Shown piece by piece: positions 27,184 to 64,000 of a stretch of DNA of 64,000 bases. This DNA is from Cyanophora paradoxa CCMP329 (lineage: Eukaryota; Plantae; Glaucophyta): NCBI GenBank assembly GCA_004431415.1, contig QPMI01000551.1, forward strand, positions 124,001 through 188,000, written 5' to 3'. The position numbers and the translations under genes were made by a program. Numbering within the stretch: the first letter of the stretch is position 1; each line of letters begins with the position of its first letter. The notes under the pieces are model-generated. The model ran no database searches and had not been told where the DNA came from. It saw only the letters and a program-made list of their open reading frames with translations.

Positions 27184-29221
27184 ATGGCGGACGCTGAAGC
27201 GACGAACATGAGCGATAAGAAGGGCAAGGGCAAGGTGCAGCCGGCGCCCGCTCCGGCTGCGGAGGCGGTCGCGGAGGCGAGCAAGCTGCTGGAGGAGGGA
27301 CGGGCCCTTGTGGGCAGCGACGTGGACGCCGCCATCGAGAAGATCGGCTCGGCTCTCGAGAAGCAGTGCGTCCTCGCGGCGCATGGCCCTCGCGCGAACG
27401 CTCAGGTTTCGACAGGGTCGCACTCTACGGGCAGCTCTCGCTCGAGACGGCCGAGTTCTACTATATGTACGGTCACGCGCTCTTGACGAAGATTGAAAAC
27501 GAGACGGACCCGCTCGGCGACGCCGTCGGCAAGCCGGGCGAGGAGGGCGAGGCGCAGGCCGCGCCCGAGGCGCCCGCGTCCGCGCCCGCCGCTTCCAAGG
27601 ACAAGCCACGTGCGTCACAGTCTCTGCATGATGCCAGCGGTGCTCGCCTCAGACGCCGCCGCGCAGTGTGCGGGGACCTGCTCTCGATCGAGGACGGGTC
27701 GGACGCCGAGGACGCCCCGGCGAACGCGAAGTCGTCGGGCAAGCAGCCGGCGCAGGCGGCGCCGAAGCAGCCGGAGCAGGAGGAGAGCGGGAACGAGGGC
27801 GAGGAGGGCGAGGAGGGCGGCGAGGGCGCGGCCGGCGAGGGAGAGGGCGAGGGCGAGGGCGAGGAAGCGGACGGCGACATGCAGGCGAGCGAGCGAGCGA
27901 GCGCGACCCGCGCGCTCTCTCGCCGCCTGCGAACCGACCGGATCGGCACGCAGATCGCCTGGGAGAACCTGGACACGGCGCGCACGATCTGGGAGCACTA
28001 CCCGAAGGGCCAAGAGCTGAACCTCGCGCGCGTTCACCTGCGCCTGGGAGACCACTGCTTGGAGGCCGGTGCGCCGCCTCGGCGGGCTCGGGAAGAGCGC
28101 ACGCTCCGCTCCGCGCCGCGCCGCCCGACGCGCCGGCGCGAGCAGAGAAGTTCACGGAAGCGGCGGAGGAGTTCTCGCACGCGCTCTCGATCCGGCGGCA
28201 GCACCTCGGCCCCGACGACCGCAAGCTTATGGACTGGTCTGTCCAATCCTCTCTTCTCTTTCTTTCCTTTTCTCTTCTCTTTCTGAACCGCGCGCAGCTA
28301 CCACGGCCTTATGATGGCGTACCAGCTCGCGGGCGACGGGGAGAAGGCCGTCGAGCAGTGCGACGCGGCCGTCGGCCTCGCCGAGCGCCGCCTGAAGTGC
28401 GCCATGTACCCCCCGCCCCCCGCTGTACCCCCGGCCTCACGCCCCGCCCTCCCGCAGGGCGATCGCCGGCTCGTCTGCGGCGGCGGACGAGGCCGAGGAC
28501 CTGGCGTACATCATCCAGGGGCTCAAGGAGAAGGCGCGCGGCGGCGCGCCCCTCCTTCTGTCAGCTTCCCTCCTGACGCCAGCGCAGCGCGCCGAGCTCG
28601 AGGAGAGCGCAAAGGAGAGCGTGAAGCAGGTGCCCAACCCCTTCCCGCTCCGCCCCGCTCCGCCCCGCCCCGCCCCGCCCCTCCTTCGCTGACCGACCTG
28701 GCGCCCCACCGCAGGCCATCGCTGAGGCCGTACAGGCTGTCTCTGGCGGCGCGCAGGCCGGCCCCGCCCCCGCCCCCGCCGCCGCCGGCTCGAGCTCCTC
28801 GGCGGCCGCCGGCTCCAGCTCCTCGGCGGCCGCGGCCTCCGCCGCTTCGCCTGCCAAGCCGACCGTGACGCAGGGTGCGCCCTCTCCCTGCGCTGGGCTG
28901 GCCCCAGGTTGCCGCCCCCTGATCCCTGGCGCAGGCTTCGACCAGCCGTCGGCGGCGGCCTCGGCGGCCGTCGTCAACGACCTGGGCGTCGTCGGCCGCG
29001 GCGTCAAGCGCGTCCGCACCACCCCGGCCCCCTCCGCCGCCCCCGCCCCGGCCCCGGCTCAGGCTCCGGCCTCGGATCCCGCCGACGGCTCCGCCGGCTC
29101 CCCGCCCGGCGCCCCCGCGCCGGGGCCCGTCCCCTCGACGACGGCGCCCGCCGAGCCCGCCAAGAAGCAGCGGCGGCTTGACAGCCTAATGGAGGGCGGC
29201 GATGTCCAGATCGGGTTCTGA
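27184..29221 (+). CDS. NASP: NASP/Sim3/Hif1-like histone chaperone (SHNi-TPR)
   Basis: TPR1 ...LYGQLSLETAEFYYMYGHALL, acidic insertion EEGEEGGEG, then DMQ|IAWENLDTARTIW, LARVHLRLGD, ALSIRRQHLGPDDR and C-terminal VNDLGVVGRGVKR. Confidence 0.88.
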
Positions 29222-29461
29222 GGGGCGCCCGCGCGCCTTGACTTCGATTTCCCCTCTACCCCGCGTTCCTTCTTCCAGGGCCCCGCTTGGGCCCCCGCGC
29301 CACTTCCCCCTTTCTCCCAATCGATATCCAAACGTACTCGGTAGCGCTCTGTTGTTTGTTTGTTTTCTGCAAAGTCTGCAAAGACTACGGGAGTGGGAGT
29401 GCGGGGGCGGGGGGCTTAAAACTGCTGCAAAATCGATATCGGGGGTCTGTCTGGCTGGGGC

Positions 29462-32041
29462 CTAGCTGGAGCCTGCCTGGCCGGCGCCGGCGCGCTGCGG
29501 GGTGCGCCGGAGCGAGTAGCGAGGCTCAGCTGCGGCCTCTGCCACGGGCTCCGGGCTCCCTCGGGGGCGGGTGCGGGCCCCTGCCCCTGCGGCGGAGGGT
29601 GAGGGGGCGGGCGAGGGGCGGGCCGAGCCGCGCCGCTCGAGGTCGGCGCCCCGCTCACTCTCGGCAGCCGCCCTGTCCTCCGCCTCCGCCTTGCGCGCCA
29701 GCGCTTCGAAGGGGGAGATCTCCGGCGGGGGGTACGGGATCACGAAGCACCGGATCCCGAGGCACGTCGTCAGCTCGTGGATCACCTGGGGCGGGCCGGG
29801 GCTCAGACGGCCCCGGGCCCGAGCTCGGCGAAAAGGCGTACCCCGACGACGTAGATGGCGAAGCTCACGGCGGAGAAGACGAGTGAGGCGGTCAGGGCTA
29901 CCGAATCGTCCACCAGGGGGGCCCTGGGCGGGGCGTAAGCGGGGAGGGGAAGCGACGGGGGGCGGGTACGGGATTCCGCACTTGGCGAGGCCCAGCTTGG
30001 GCAGCAGGGCGTTCAGAGAGGCAAGGTGCACGGGGATCAGGACCTGAGGGGGGGTACGCGACCATCAGCAAAGAGGGGGAGGGGGAGGGGGGGTACACGG
30101 TGCCTTGTTGAAGGTCCGGAACGGCATGTGGCAGAGGTGCGCAAGGATCATGCGGTTCTGCGCGCGGGTTCGAGTCCCGGCGGGAGCAAAAGGACCGAAA
30201 AGGGGGAGGTAGGCGGTACGGGCGCACGACGAGGGTCGCGGTGCAGAGGCCGACGAGCCACATGAACTGGTGCGGGTGGCGCTGTACCCCCCGGCAGCGT
30301 TATCAGAGAGCGGCAGCGCGAGCACAAGTCGAGGGAGTGCGCGCGCACGTGCATGGTGCCGGCGGCGTTGGTCCACAGAAGAGCGAACGTCACCATAGAC
30401 ATGAACGGGACGAGCTGCCGGGGGCGCGGGTGAGGCGCGGCGAGGCTGGGCCACACAGCAGCAGAAAGAAACGAGTCAGGGCATCCCCCCGCACCTGAAG
30501 AAGGGCCTCTGCCCGGCTGCCTCCCTGCAGGCCCACATCGCGCGTGACGTCGTACAGGCTGCGGGGGGTACGCGGGCTCAAGGGGTGGGGCGAACTCGTG
30601 GGGGGGTACGGGGCGCCGCACTTGAGGAGGATCGTGCCGGCGGCGGCGGAGCCGGAGATGATCGCGACGGCCTCGTTCACGTGCAGCTCCGGAAACGCCG
30701 CCGCTGTCCGGGGGTACGGGATTCTTGTTCATGGCGGGGGGGGGGGGGGGGGGGGGGGGGGGGGCGCTGCGCGGCGCCCGGGCGCGCGCGCACCGAGGGG
30801 GAAGCTAAGGGGATGCCCACGGACTGCCAGAAATTCCGGCGCCAGTACGCGGGGCCTGGTAGGGTACGCGGGTCGGAGGTCCGCAGGAAAGTGGGGTACG
30901 GGGGCGCGGGGAAGGGGGGGGTACCGAAGGCGAAGGTGGCGAAATGGAAGGCGACCGTAATTAGGATACCCTCCGTCGGGCCGTTGATGAACCGAAGCAC
31001 AAGCTTCTTCTGCTCCGCGGGAGGGGGGGGGGGGGGGGGGGGGGGAAGAGGAGGGTCTACGATGAGACGCCGGCGCGGGGCGGGGCGGGCGGCGGGCGGC
31101 GGGGGTACGACGGACCCGGTGGTACTCCTCCCACGTGGCGAAGAAAAAGACGACGAAGCAGGAGATCACGATGAATGCGACGGTGATCCACCCCGTACCC
31201 GTCTGCATCGTGGCACAGGCCGTGAGGCCGGACAGCTGCGGACGGGGCGCACAGCCGTCGGACGGTCGGACGGGCGGCGCGGCGGCCCACGTGGCGGCCC
31301 GCGCGGGGGCGCGGCGACGGCGGCGCACGATCGTCTGAAGCGCGTCGCATCCGTGGTCGAATAGCTGGCCAAGCGGGCTCGACGATTTGGTGCGGCGCGC
31401 CTGCGCGCGGCCCGGCGGGGTCGGCGGAGCCGCGGGAGGGAGGCGGCCGGCGGGGCGCGCGCGCCTGCTTTCCGTCGAGATTGTCCATCGTCATGTAGAA
31501 GAACAGAGCGACGGCGTTCGCGAGGTAGACCCAGCGCGGGGCCTCGCCCACCAGGTCGGGCGTGTAGGACGCGGTCACAAAGTACATCGCCGACGTCGCC
31601 GCGAAGCCCAGGAGCGTAATCTGCGGTCGAGGGCTTAGACGAGCCGCAGGGACGCTCGCCGGCGGCGCGCACCAGGTTCGGGCTGCGGCGGTCGGGGCGC
31701 GGCAGGGCGGCGAGGTCAGATCGGCGGGCGGCGTGGCGCCGGCGGCGCCGGATTGGGCCGGCACATCGACGCACGCGATCCAAAGAGGGAAGCGGTTGAT
31801 GAGGAAGTTCCAGAGCGGCTGGAGGAGGTGGATCGAGATCAGACTGTTGTCCTCGGCCCGGTACTTGTACCGCAGCAGGTTCTTCCGTCCATCTGCAACG
31901 CCAATGGTTTGAATTAGCGGCGCGCGCGCTCCCCGACGCGCGGCGGGGCCGCCGCGCGTCGACCGGCCGTTCAAACCCGGCCGCCTCCCGCGGCGGCGCA
32001 CCCGGAGTGATGTATGTGATCTTCTGAAGCAATCGCTCCAT
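29462..32041 (-). CDS. Choline/ethanolamine phosphotransferase (CDP-alcohol phosphotransferase; AAPT/CEPT1/EPT1 family)
   Basis: YKYRAEDNSLISIHLLQPLWN, WIA|PNL|ITLLG, signature DNLDGKQ|ARRTKSSSPLGQLFDHGCDA, FFATWEEYH and GPTEG. The 3' end is approximate. Confidence 0.93.
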
Positions 32042-32149
32042 CGTGCCGGCGTTCGCCGACGGCGGCGGGGTCGGCCGGGGCATGCTTTGAAGTGGCGTAC
32101 CCCAACCCGAAGTGGTCTGGCTGTGGCCCGGACCGTGGCCTCGCGTCTG

Positions 32150-32666
32150 ATGAGCACAGGAGGGGTGAGACAGCGATTTTGGTGCTCGCCTGTCGCTCAC
32201 GGGCCCGCAGCGGACGCTGGAGGTGCTGGGCGCGGAGCTGGCCGACCTCACGCGCGCCGGAGCGCGGCCGCGGGTGCGCTCCCTGCCATCAATCGCGATA
32301 TTCGTGCCGATGACCGCCGGGAGGCGCGCGCAGGACGTCTATGAGCAGCGAGGCGGCCTGTGGTTCAAGGCCGACCCGAAAGACGTCGCAGAACGAAAGA
32401 GCAGTGCGCACGCACGCTCTTTCGGTGTTCCTGCGGATCTGAGGCGCGCCACAGAGCAGCTCAAGGCCGTCCGCGAGGCGGCAGCCGCTGCAGAGACTGG
32501 TGCACAGACATCGAAGCCCGCCCCGGCCGCAGCCGCAGGGGCGCCAGCCGCGGGAGTTGCAGGCGCTGCCGAAGGAATCAGCGGCTTGAAGGGCGGCGGC
32601 GCGGCGGCGAGCGGGGCGAAGGGCGGCACTGGTCTCAGGAAAGCGTTCTTTGTCAGTAAGTCTTAG
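32150..32666 (+). CDS. Small 4-exon protein, prefoldin-beta/ASDURF-like N-terminal part
   Basis: Phase-consistent splicing gives MSTGG|RTLEVLGAELADLTRAGARPR|DVYEQRGGLWFKADPKDVAERKS|KQLKAVRE...; a helix-VY.Q.G..(W/F)F..D-helix pattern. Confidence 0.55.
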
Positions 32667-33759
32667 GCCCCAGCCGCATCGCGATCGGCGGTTCGGATCG
32701 ATGCTGCAGTCGGCGGCGGCTCGGCGACCGCATTCTGCGGCGCTGCGGCGCGCGGCTGGCAAAGAGCTGCCGGCGGCTCGGTGGCGCCGCTCTGCGGCCG
32801 CGCGGCCGGCCGGCCAGGAGCAGCGACGCGCATCCCTCCGCCTCCTGGCCTCCCTTGCTCCCTGCCTCATGCTCAGGTCTGGCCCGGCCCGGCGCCAGCC
32901 CGAGCTCGAGGCAGGGCGTCCTCTGGGCCCGGGGATCATCCCGTGCGCCCCACCATGGCACGCCCTCGGTAGTCTGCATGTCTAGAGTACGGTAGGGCGC
33001 CGTGCTAGCGCTCTATGCCAAGTTAGGCGACGCCGACAGTCGGCCGTCGGACGTCAATGCTTGTCCGTGACAGCGCTAGCGAGAACGTGAACGTTGGGAG
33101 CAAGTTCGCGTCGCGAGCCGCTGAGCATGCGCATGTGCTGCGCATGCACAACTCAATCCGAAGCGGGGACCTCGCTGCGCGAGCAGGGCAGGACGCCGGC
33201 GCCTATCGCTGCATGCGCAGCTCGCCGAGTCGCGCTGCGCGCGCGAGCTAGCTATAGCCTTTAATATTAAATATTAATTTGCGATATCGGTATCGATCGA
33301 ATTCGATTTCAAGCTTGAGGCCTAGGCCCCGTGCCCTGGGAGGCCGATCCCAGAGTCGAACCCGAGGCTCGGCGATGGGCACTAGCTCTGTACCTGGTAC
33401 CGCGACACAGCTCCTCAAGCTTGTGAGTGGCAGCCCCGCCGCCCCGCGCGCGCGTTCGCCTCCGCTTGCAGCCCAGCTGCTCATTGCAGGCCTCAAAAGG
33501 CCTGGCTTCAGCGCTAGCGCGCCGCCCCCGCGCGAGAACGCGGCGAGGCTTGAATCGGCCGAGCATCATCAGCAGCAGGAGCGAGCTTGAGTGAGGCGTA
33601 GCTCAGCCTTCATAGCTAAGGCGCCGCGGCCTCGGCGCACCCGCGTTTGCAGCCAACTTACCGCGGCCGCGCGCCATCTGAGCCGCCCGGGGGCCATCTT
33701 TCGAGCGTGTACGCGTGCCGAGCTTGCCTTCGTCTTTCTACATCCTGATTCGAGCACTG

Positions 33760-36700
33760 ATGCCCTCCGCGGACAGGGATGCTGCAGGCGTAGCTTGCAA
33801 TTGGGTCATGCAAGGCCAAGACGCCGCCGCGGCCGCCACTGGCGACGGGGCGAAAGGCGCTTCGCGGTTCGCGGCGCTCGTGCGGCGCGTCAACCCGAAC
33901 CTGGAGGTTCCAGACCAGAAGCCGCCCCGGCCGCTCTCGCCCGGATCGGACGCCGGCAATGCATCGGCCAACGAACGCGAGCGCGACGAGGGCGGCGAGC
34001 GCGGGGGCGGCGGCGAGGTCATCGCAACCGCGCTGCTCAGGGCGATGCGGGCGATCCACGGGAACGAGTGGGGGTCGGGCCGCAAGCGCGGGAAGAAGGA
34101 ACCGAAGCCGCCGCCGCTCTCCGTCAGCTTCAAAAGCTTCGGCGACCTCGACCGCGGCAAGGTGTCCACGGCCGAGATCATCGCCGCTTCGTGCGCTTCG
34201 CCTCCGCTTGCTATAGCGGCTCGGCTCTGGTCGCTCGGATTTGATCCGGCTTCCTCGCAGGCGCGGGGCGCGGGGCAGCGCCCTGGCGCCCCTCGACCTC
34301 GCCGAGTGGACCCCGGAGGACATCCCCGAGGACGCCGTACGCGCCCTTCCCCGTCTCGATCCGCCCAAAAGACATTTGATCCGGAACGGCACGCAGCCCG
34401 GGGCCGACCTGGCTTGGATGGACGTTCTACCCACCCGCGAGATCGAGGGGGACGCGGTCCGCGCGATGGCCGACGCCCAGATCCGCGCCCGGATGGGTAC
34501 GCCAGCCCCGCCACAATTCCGTACCCCTCCCCGTGATCCTCCCCCGGCAGAGGCGGCGGGTTCGGGCCAGAACACGCACCTGATCCTCCACTCCGGAGAG
34601 TCGGTGGCCGACTGCGTACCCGAGGAAGGGCTCATGCTCTACCGGTGAATTCCGTACCCTTGCTATCCTTTCCTTGGGTGCTGAGGGTACGCACGTGCTC
34701 AGGTTCGATCCCCCGGAGAAGTCCAATCGGCTTCTGATCCGCCTGAAGGCTCTGGCCGGCGACCCCGACCTCGTGCGTACCCCTCCTCGCCCCGAATCCC
34801 CGTACCCCGCCCCGACGCTTTCCCGTACCCCAGTACGCCTCCTTTGTCCACGAGCGCCCCAGCAAGGTACGGTACCCCCCTCCCCCCAACAATAGAGCTG
34901 ACCTGTACCCCCCAGGATTCCCACCAGTTCGCCTCGGCGAATGACGGAGACGACGACATGGAGGTCACCGATTCGTCCCCCGAATTCCGCTTCCGGCCCC
35001 TCTACATCGGCGCGCTTGTACCCCCATCCTCTTTCCGCTACCCTTAACACGGGTACAGGGGTGTACGGGGCCACGCGTGCAGTGTTCCGCCTCACGGTCC
35101 TCTCCGCTTCTTCTGCAGACCTCTCTTTCGGCTGGTCCGCCCTCCGAATCCTGTACCCCCTTTCGTCGATCCTGAGTTTCCCGTACCCCAGCGAGGAGGC
35201 GGGCCGGTGCTGGCGTGGAAACCCATCGTTCTACCGCATACGGGCGCGTCTGGCGTACCCCTCTTCTCCGCCCAATCCCCCCCTCTCCCTCCCCCCCCGA
35301 ACCAGCCGGGCACAGGTCGAGGACGACGCCAAATCGGTCGTCATCCGGCTCCGTGAGCGCCCCGCACACGTGTTCCCCCCAGAATCTGACATATCTGAGC
35401 GCAGTGCAGGAGGAGCGGGACGCTGCCGATCCCTCGAGGCGCGTCCGCCTCTACGTCTCACATGAGGTTCGAGCCTCACCTGAGGCCGATGAAATCAGCC
35501 GAGCGCGTCTCGGCTGAGCGGCGCGCTTGCGCGCGCGTGCGCAGAACCGCTGGCCGACGCGGGGGAAGTGCGAGTGGACGCTCGAGTCCGGGGCGGCCGG
35601 CGCCGGCGCGGCCGGCTCGAGCGGCGGGGGGGTACGGGCGGAGCTCGTTGTAGACCCCGTCCACCCCGCCTTCAAGACGGGTACCTGGTTCATCGCGGCG
35701 GAGAGCCCGCGCAAGGTGCGGGGCCGCTGCGCCGAGTACCCCATCCCTCGCCGTTTCCGACGGTTCGGCCCCGCAGGGGGCCTTTTCCATCCTGGCGTAC
35801 CAGCGGGCGTACCCCCAGGACGCGCGCTCGGCGTTCGTGCGGGCACTGGCGGGCGGCGCCGTGACGCCGGACACGGCGGCCGACGCCGTGTCGCGCATGC
35901 GCGCCGCCGCGCGGCGCGCCGGCACGCGCCCGCCCCTCCAGCGCTCCGCCTCATCGCTCTCCTCCTTCTCCTCGGTCGTGACCGCCGCGGTCGCGGCCGC
36001 CGCCTCCGCCTCCGCCGCCGCCGCCCCCGACGACTCGGACAGCGTCTCGCTGCAGCAGGCGGCCCGCGCCGGCGGCGGCGCCGCGCGGCCGCCGCTCTCG
36101 CGCTCCGCTTCCTCGGTCAGGCTGGCCCCCCTCCCGGGCGCAGTCATGGCCCGCCTCGGGCCACGGCTCGGACCCAAGGCGCCCCTCTCGCCCCCCGCGG
36201 CCGTCGGCCCCGCCGGCTCCAGCCCCGCCTCGGCGGGGATATCCCCCAGCCCCGGCTCCCCCGCCGCCCTCTCCCCGCCCATGCCGCCGCCCCGCGCCCC
36301 GCGGTCCTTCACCGGCGAGCCCGAGCTCTCCTCTACCCCTCCCGAGCGCGACTCTCTCCCCCCTCCGGCGCGGACGAGCGCCAGTACCCCCCTCCGGCGC
36401 TCCTCGACCTTCAGCGGGGGCTCCCCCGGCTCGGGCGTGAGCCGCGGGGGCAGCCCGGTGAGCCGGGGGCCCAGCCCGGCCCCGGCGCGCGTCAGCCTGG
36501 CGGCCCTCGCTCAGCAGCAGCTTGAGGCCATGGCTTCGGCGGCGGCTGCCTCGCTAGAGGCAGCGACGACGCCGGCGGAGGGGGGAGGAAGCCCCGGGGC
36601 GCTGCGGCCAGCCAGCCGCGCCGGCGGGGCCCGCTCTCCTCTGCTCAACCGCTCCCCTAGCGGCAGCGGTCTGCTGGGGGCGGCGCTCGCGGCGGCGGCG

Positions 36701-37329
36701 AGCGGCGGCGGCGGCGTTCCCACGCGCCACTCGCTCAACCCGCGGGCCCTGCCCTCCGCGGAACCGCCGCTGGAAGTGCCGGAGCCGGCCAAGCCCGTCA
36801 GCCGCTCCGCAACCTTCAACCGCCGGCGCTCGACGGCCGAGGGGGCCCCCTGGACCCGGCCGAGGCCCCGCCGCCGGCGGGCGGCGCAGGCGGCGGCGGC
36901 GGCGGCGTCGGCGGCGGCGGCGGCGGCGGCGCGACCGCCGGCGCGGCCGGCGTGCCGCGCGTGGGGAGCATGAACCGCCGCCGCTCCACCGAAGACATGC
37001 CGGTGCGCCTTCAAATTCCGCCATCAATCTAATTATAAAGTTTCGTTCTTCCTTCTCTTATTTCTCGCTTTGCGAAGGGGTCGTTCTCGCACATCCGGGC
37101 GGCCATCGAGCGCCTGGAGGCGAGGGAGGCGGAGGCGGCGGCGGCGGCGGACGCGGCGGCGGCGGCGACGGCCAAGGCCCTGGCCGGCGGGGGCATCGCC
37201 CGGTCGTTCGGGCCGCGCACGGGTACGGGCGCGGAGGGTATCACCATCGACGTTCACGTGCCGGGGGGTACCGCGTCGGCCCCCGACGAGGTCCGGCGCC
37301 CAGCCGGCTACCTCCAGTCGGTGGGGTAG
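33760..37329 (+). CDS. Hypothetical multi-exon protein with two PPC-like beta-sandwich domains and a long Ser/Pro/Ala-rich tail
   Basis: Spliced LLIRLKALAGDPDL|YASFVHERPSK|DSHQFASANDGDDDMEV...PLYI|GVYGATRAVFRLT. A second copy reads VRLYVSHE|NRWPTRGKCEW...KTGTWFIAAES. Confidence 0.6.
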
Positions 37330-38538
37330 GCCTCGGCGCGCGGGCACAGCGGCAGCCGGGCGCCAGCTCGGGCCCCAGTGATATTCAGCGAGGCATGCAT
37401 AAATATATAATGTGGCAGTCCTATAGCTAGGGCCTGATCGTGGAATATTTTGGACAAGATTCAGCGCGTGCATACAAAGCCGCAGAGCGTCCCATGCACA
37501 GCCGCCGGGCTGTGGACTTCTGCTATAATTAGTTCGGGGCCCTCGGGCATCGAGCTCGTGTGCCCTCGAGCTCGTGGCCCCTGCCGTGCCACCGCGGCGC
37601 AGTGCCGGGCTCACCCGAGGATCCGTATACTTAGGGACTCCCTAGGCCTCCCCCGGCTGAGCCGAGTTGGGCCGCGGAGCTCGAGCGGCTGATCTCGAAG
37701 GACGTCGCCGGGGACCCCGGAGCTCATGGCCATGGCCTCGTAGCCTCGGCCGGGCTCCCCCGAGGCACCTCGTCGTGTGCGCGGGTAGCCCCTCTTGGCT
37801 CCACCAAAATAAAGAAGAATAAGAGGAATATCAGGCCTGCTCTCGCTCGGGAGGGCCAGTTGATTGCGCGACCGCACGGGCGTAACTGCGCCCGTACGGC
37901 CGCGCCTCTGAATAAAATTGCGAGAATAGCCTCAGGCCTCGCAACTGCGACCTGCAGCTAGCCTCGAGCTCGGAGCAGAAATAGATCGCAGGTATCGATG
38001 ATCCGATTTTTGTTTTTCAGTCGATCTATCTACCGTAGAATATCGATATATCTACATTTTGTCTACGACACAAATCTTCTGTTCATGCCCTCTCATGATC
38101 ACGTTGATGAGGACCGGAGGGCTTTTATCGATAGATACTGTGCGCATGCGACAACTGTAATGTAACATGCACGTAACGATTGTGGTCAACTAGTACTAAG
38201 TGATCATGACTTCCGAATCGCCAGCGGCTCTGCAAATTCACTGCACAAAGGAATTCGAATTCACTACACAAGATCTAGAGCTCGAACTTTCGGAAGCGAT
38301 AGCGAAAGGAAAAGGACAGTAAAGTGAAAAGAGCGTGGACAGATCTAGACACGAAGAATATAAATTTCTAGCCAATTCGATCAAATTAAACTATGAGATG
38401 CTAACCTTAAAGAGATGCAAAAGAATCATTACGCATGAGATAGAAAAAATGCCTCTAATAATATCGTCAGTGGTGCCGGCACTGGCCAGGTCGGCCGCGC
38501 GCGGCCGGTCTCAGCGCTTGGGCTACTAGGCTATATAG

Positions 38539-64000
<25,462 letters not shown>

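Noticed and set aside
25259-32041. START plus phosphotransferase as a phospholipid gene cluster
   Set aside because: Only two genes, separated by an unrelated histone chaperone; chance adjacency cannot be excluded without synteny data.
37380-38530. AT-richer intergenic segment as a transposon
   Set aside because: No TIR/TSD pair or coding remnant could be identified by eye.

Overview
GC-rich (~65-70% by eye) eukaryotic genomic DNA with many short (~45-100 nt) spliceosomal introns (donors mostly GTGCGC-like, several GC-AG). It is a protist or alga; the style recalls the glaucophyte Cyanophora, but that is inference only. Almost all long ORFs in the supplied track are antisense or shadow-frame artefacts. 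Content from left to right: a decayed LINE 3' fragment (1-1.8 kb); a palindrome-saturated non-coding block with a poly(A)-only retro-insertion scar and a 523-bp hAT-type MITE; two F-box genes; a DUF4215-like Cys-repeat/Val-Pro-rich gene; phosphoglucomutase (~23 exons); a START-domain gene head-to-head with a NASP/Sim3 histone chaperone; a choline/ethanolamine phosphotransferase head-to-head with a small prefoldin-beta/ASDURF-like gene; a PPC-like domain gene; and a giant (>25 kb, open at the right edge) minus-strand Cys-rich membrane protein gene. The stalk of that protein is a ~8.7-fold tandem amplification of a 7-exon/7-intron, ~1.64-kb cassette. Two observations stand out. (1) Comparing cassette copies catches the same 6-nt fold-back insertion (GCTT -> GCTTAAGCTT) twice, and this X-X'-X pattern explains the hexameric palindrome runs found across the window. 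(2) The giant protein has a divergent 6-Cys 'tip', a homogenised stalk of phase-symmetric exon blocks, and a multi-TM base. All gene models were built by eye and need RNA confirmation.
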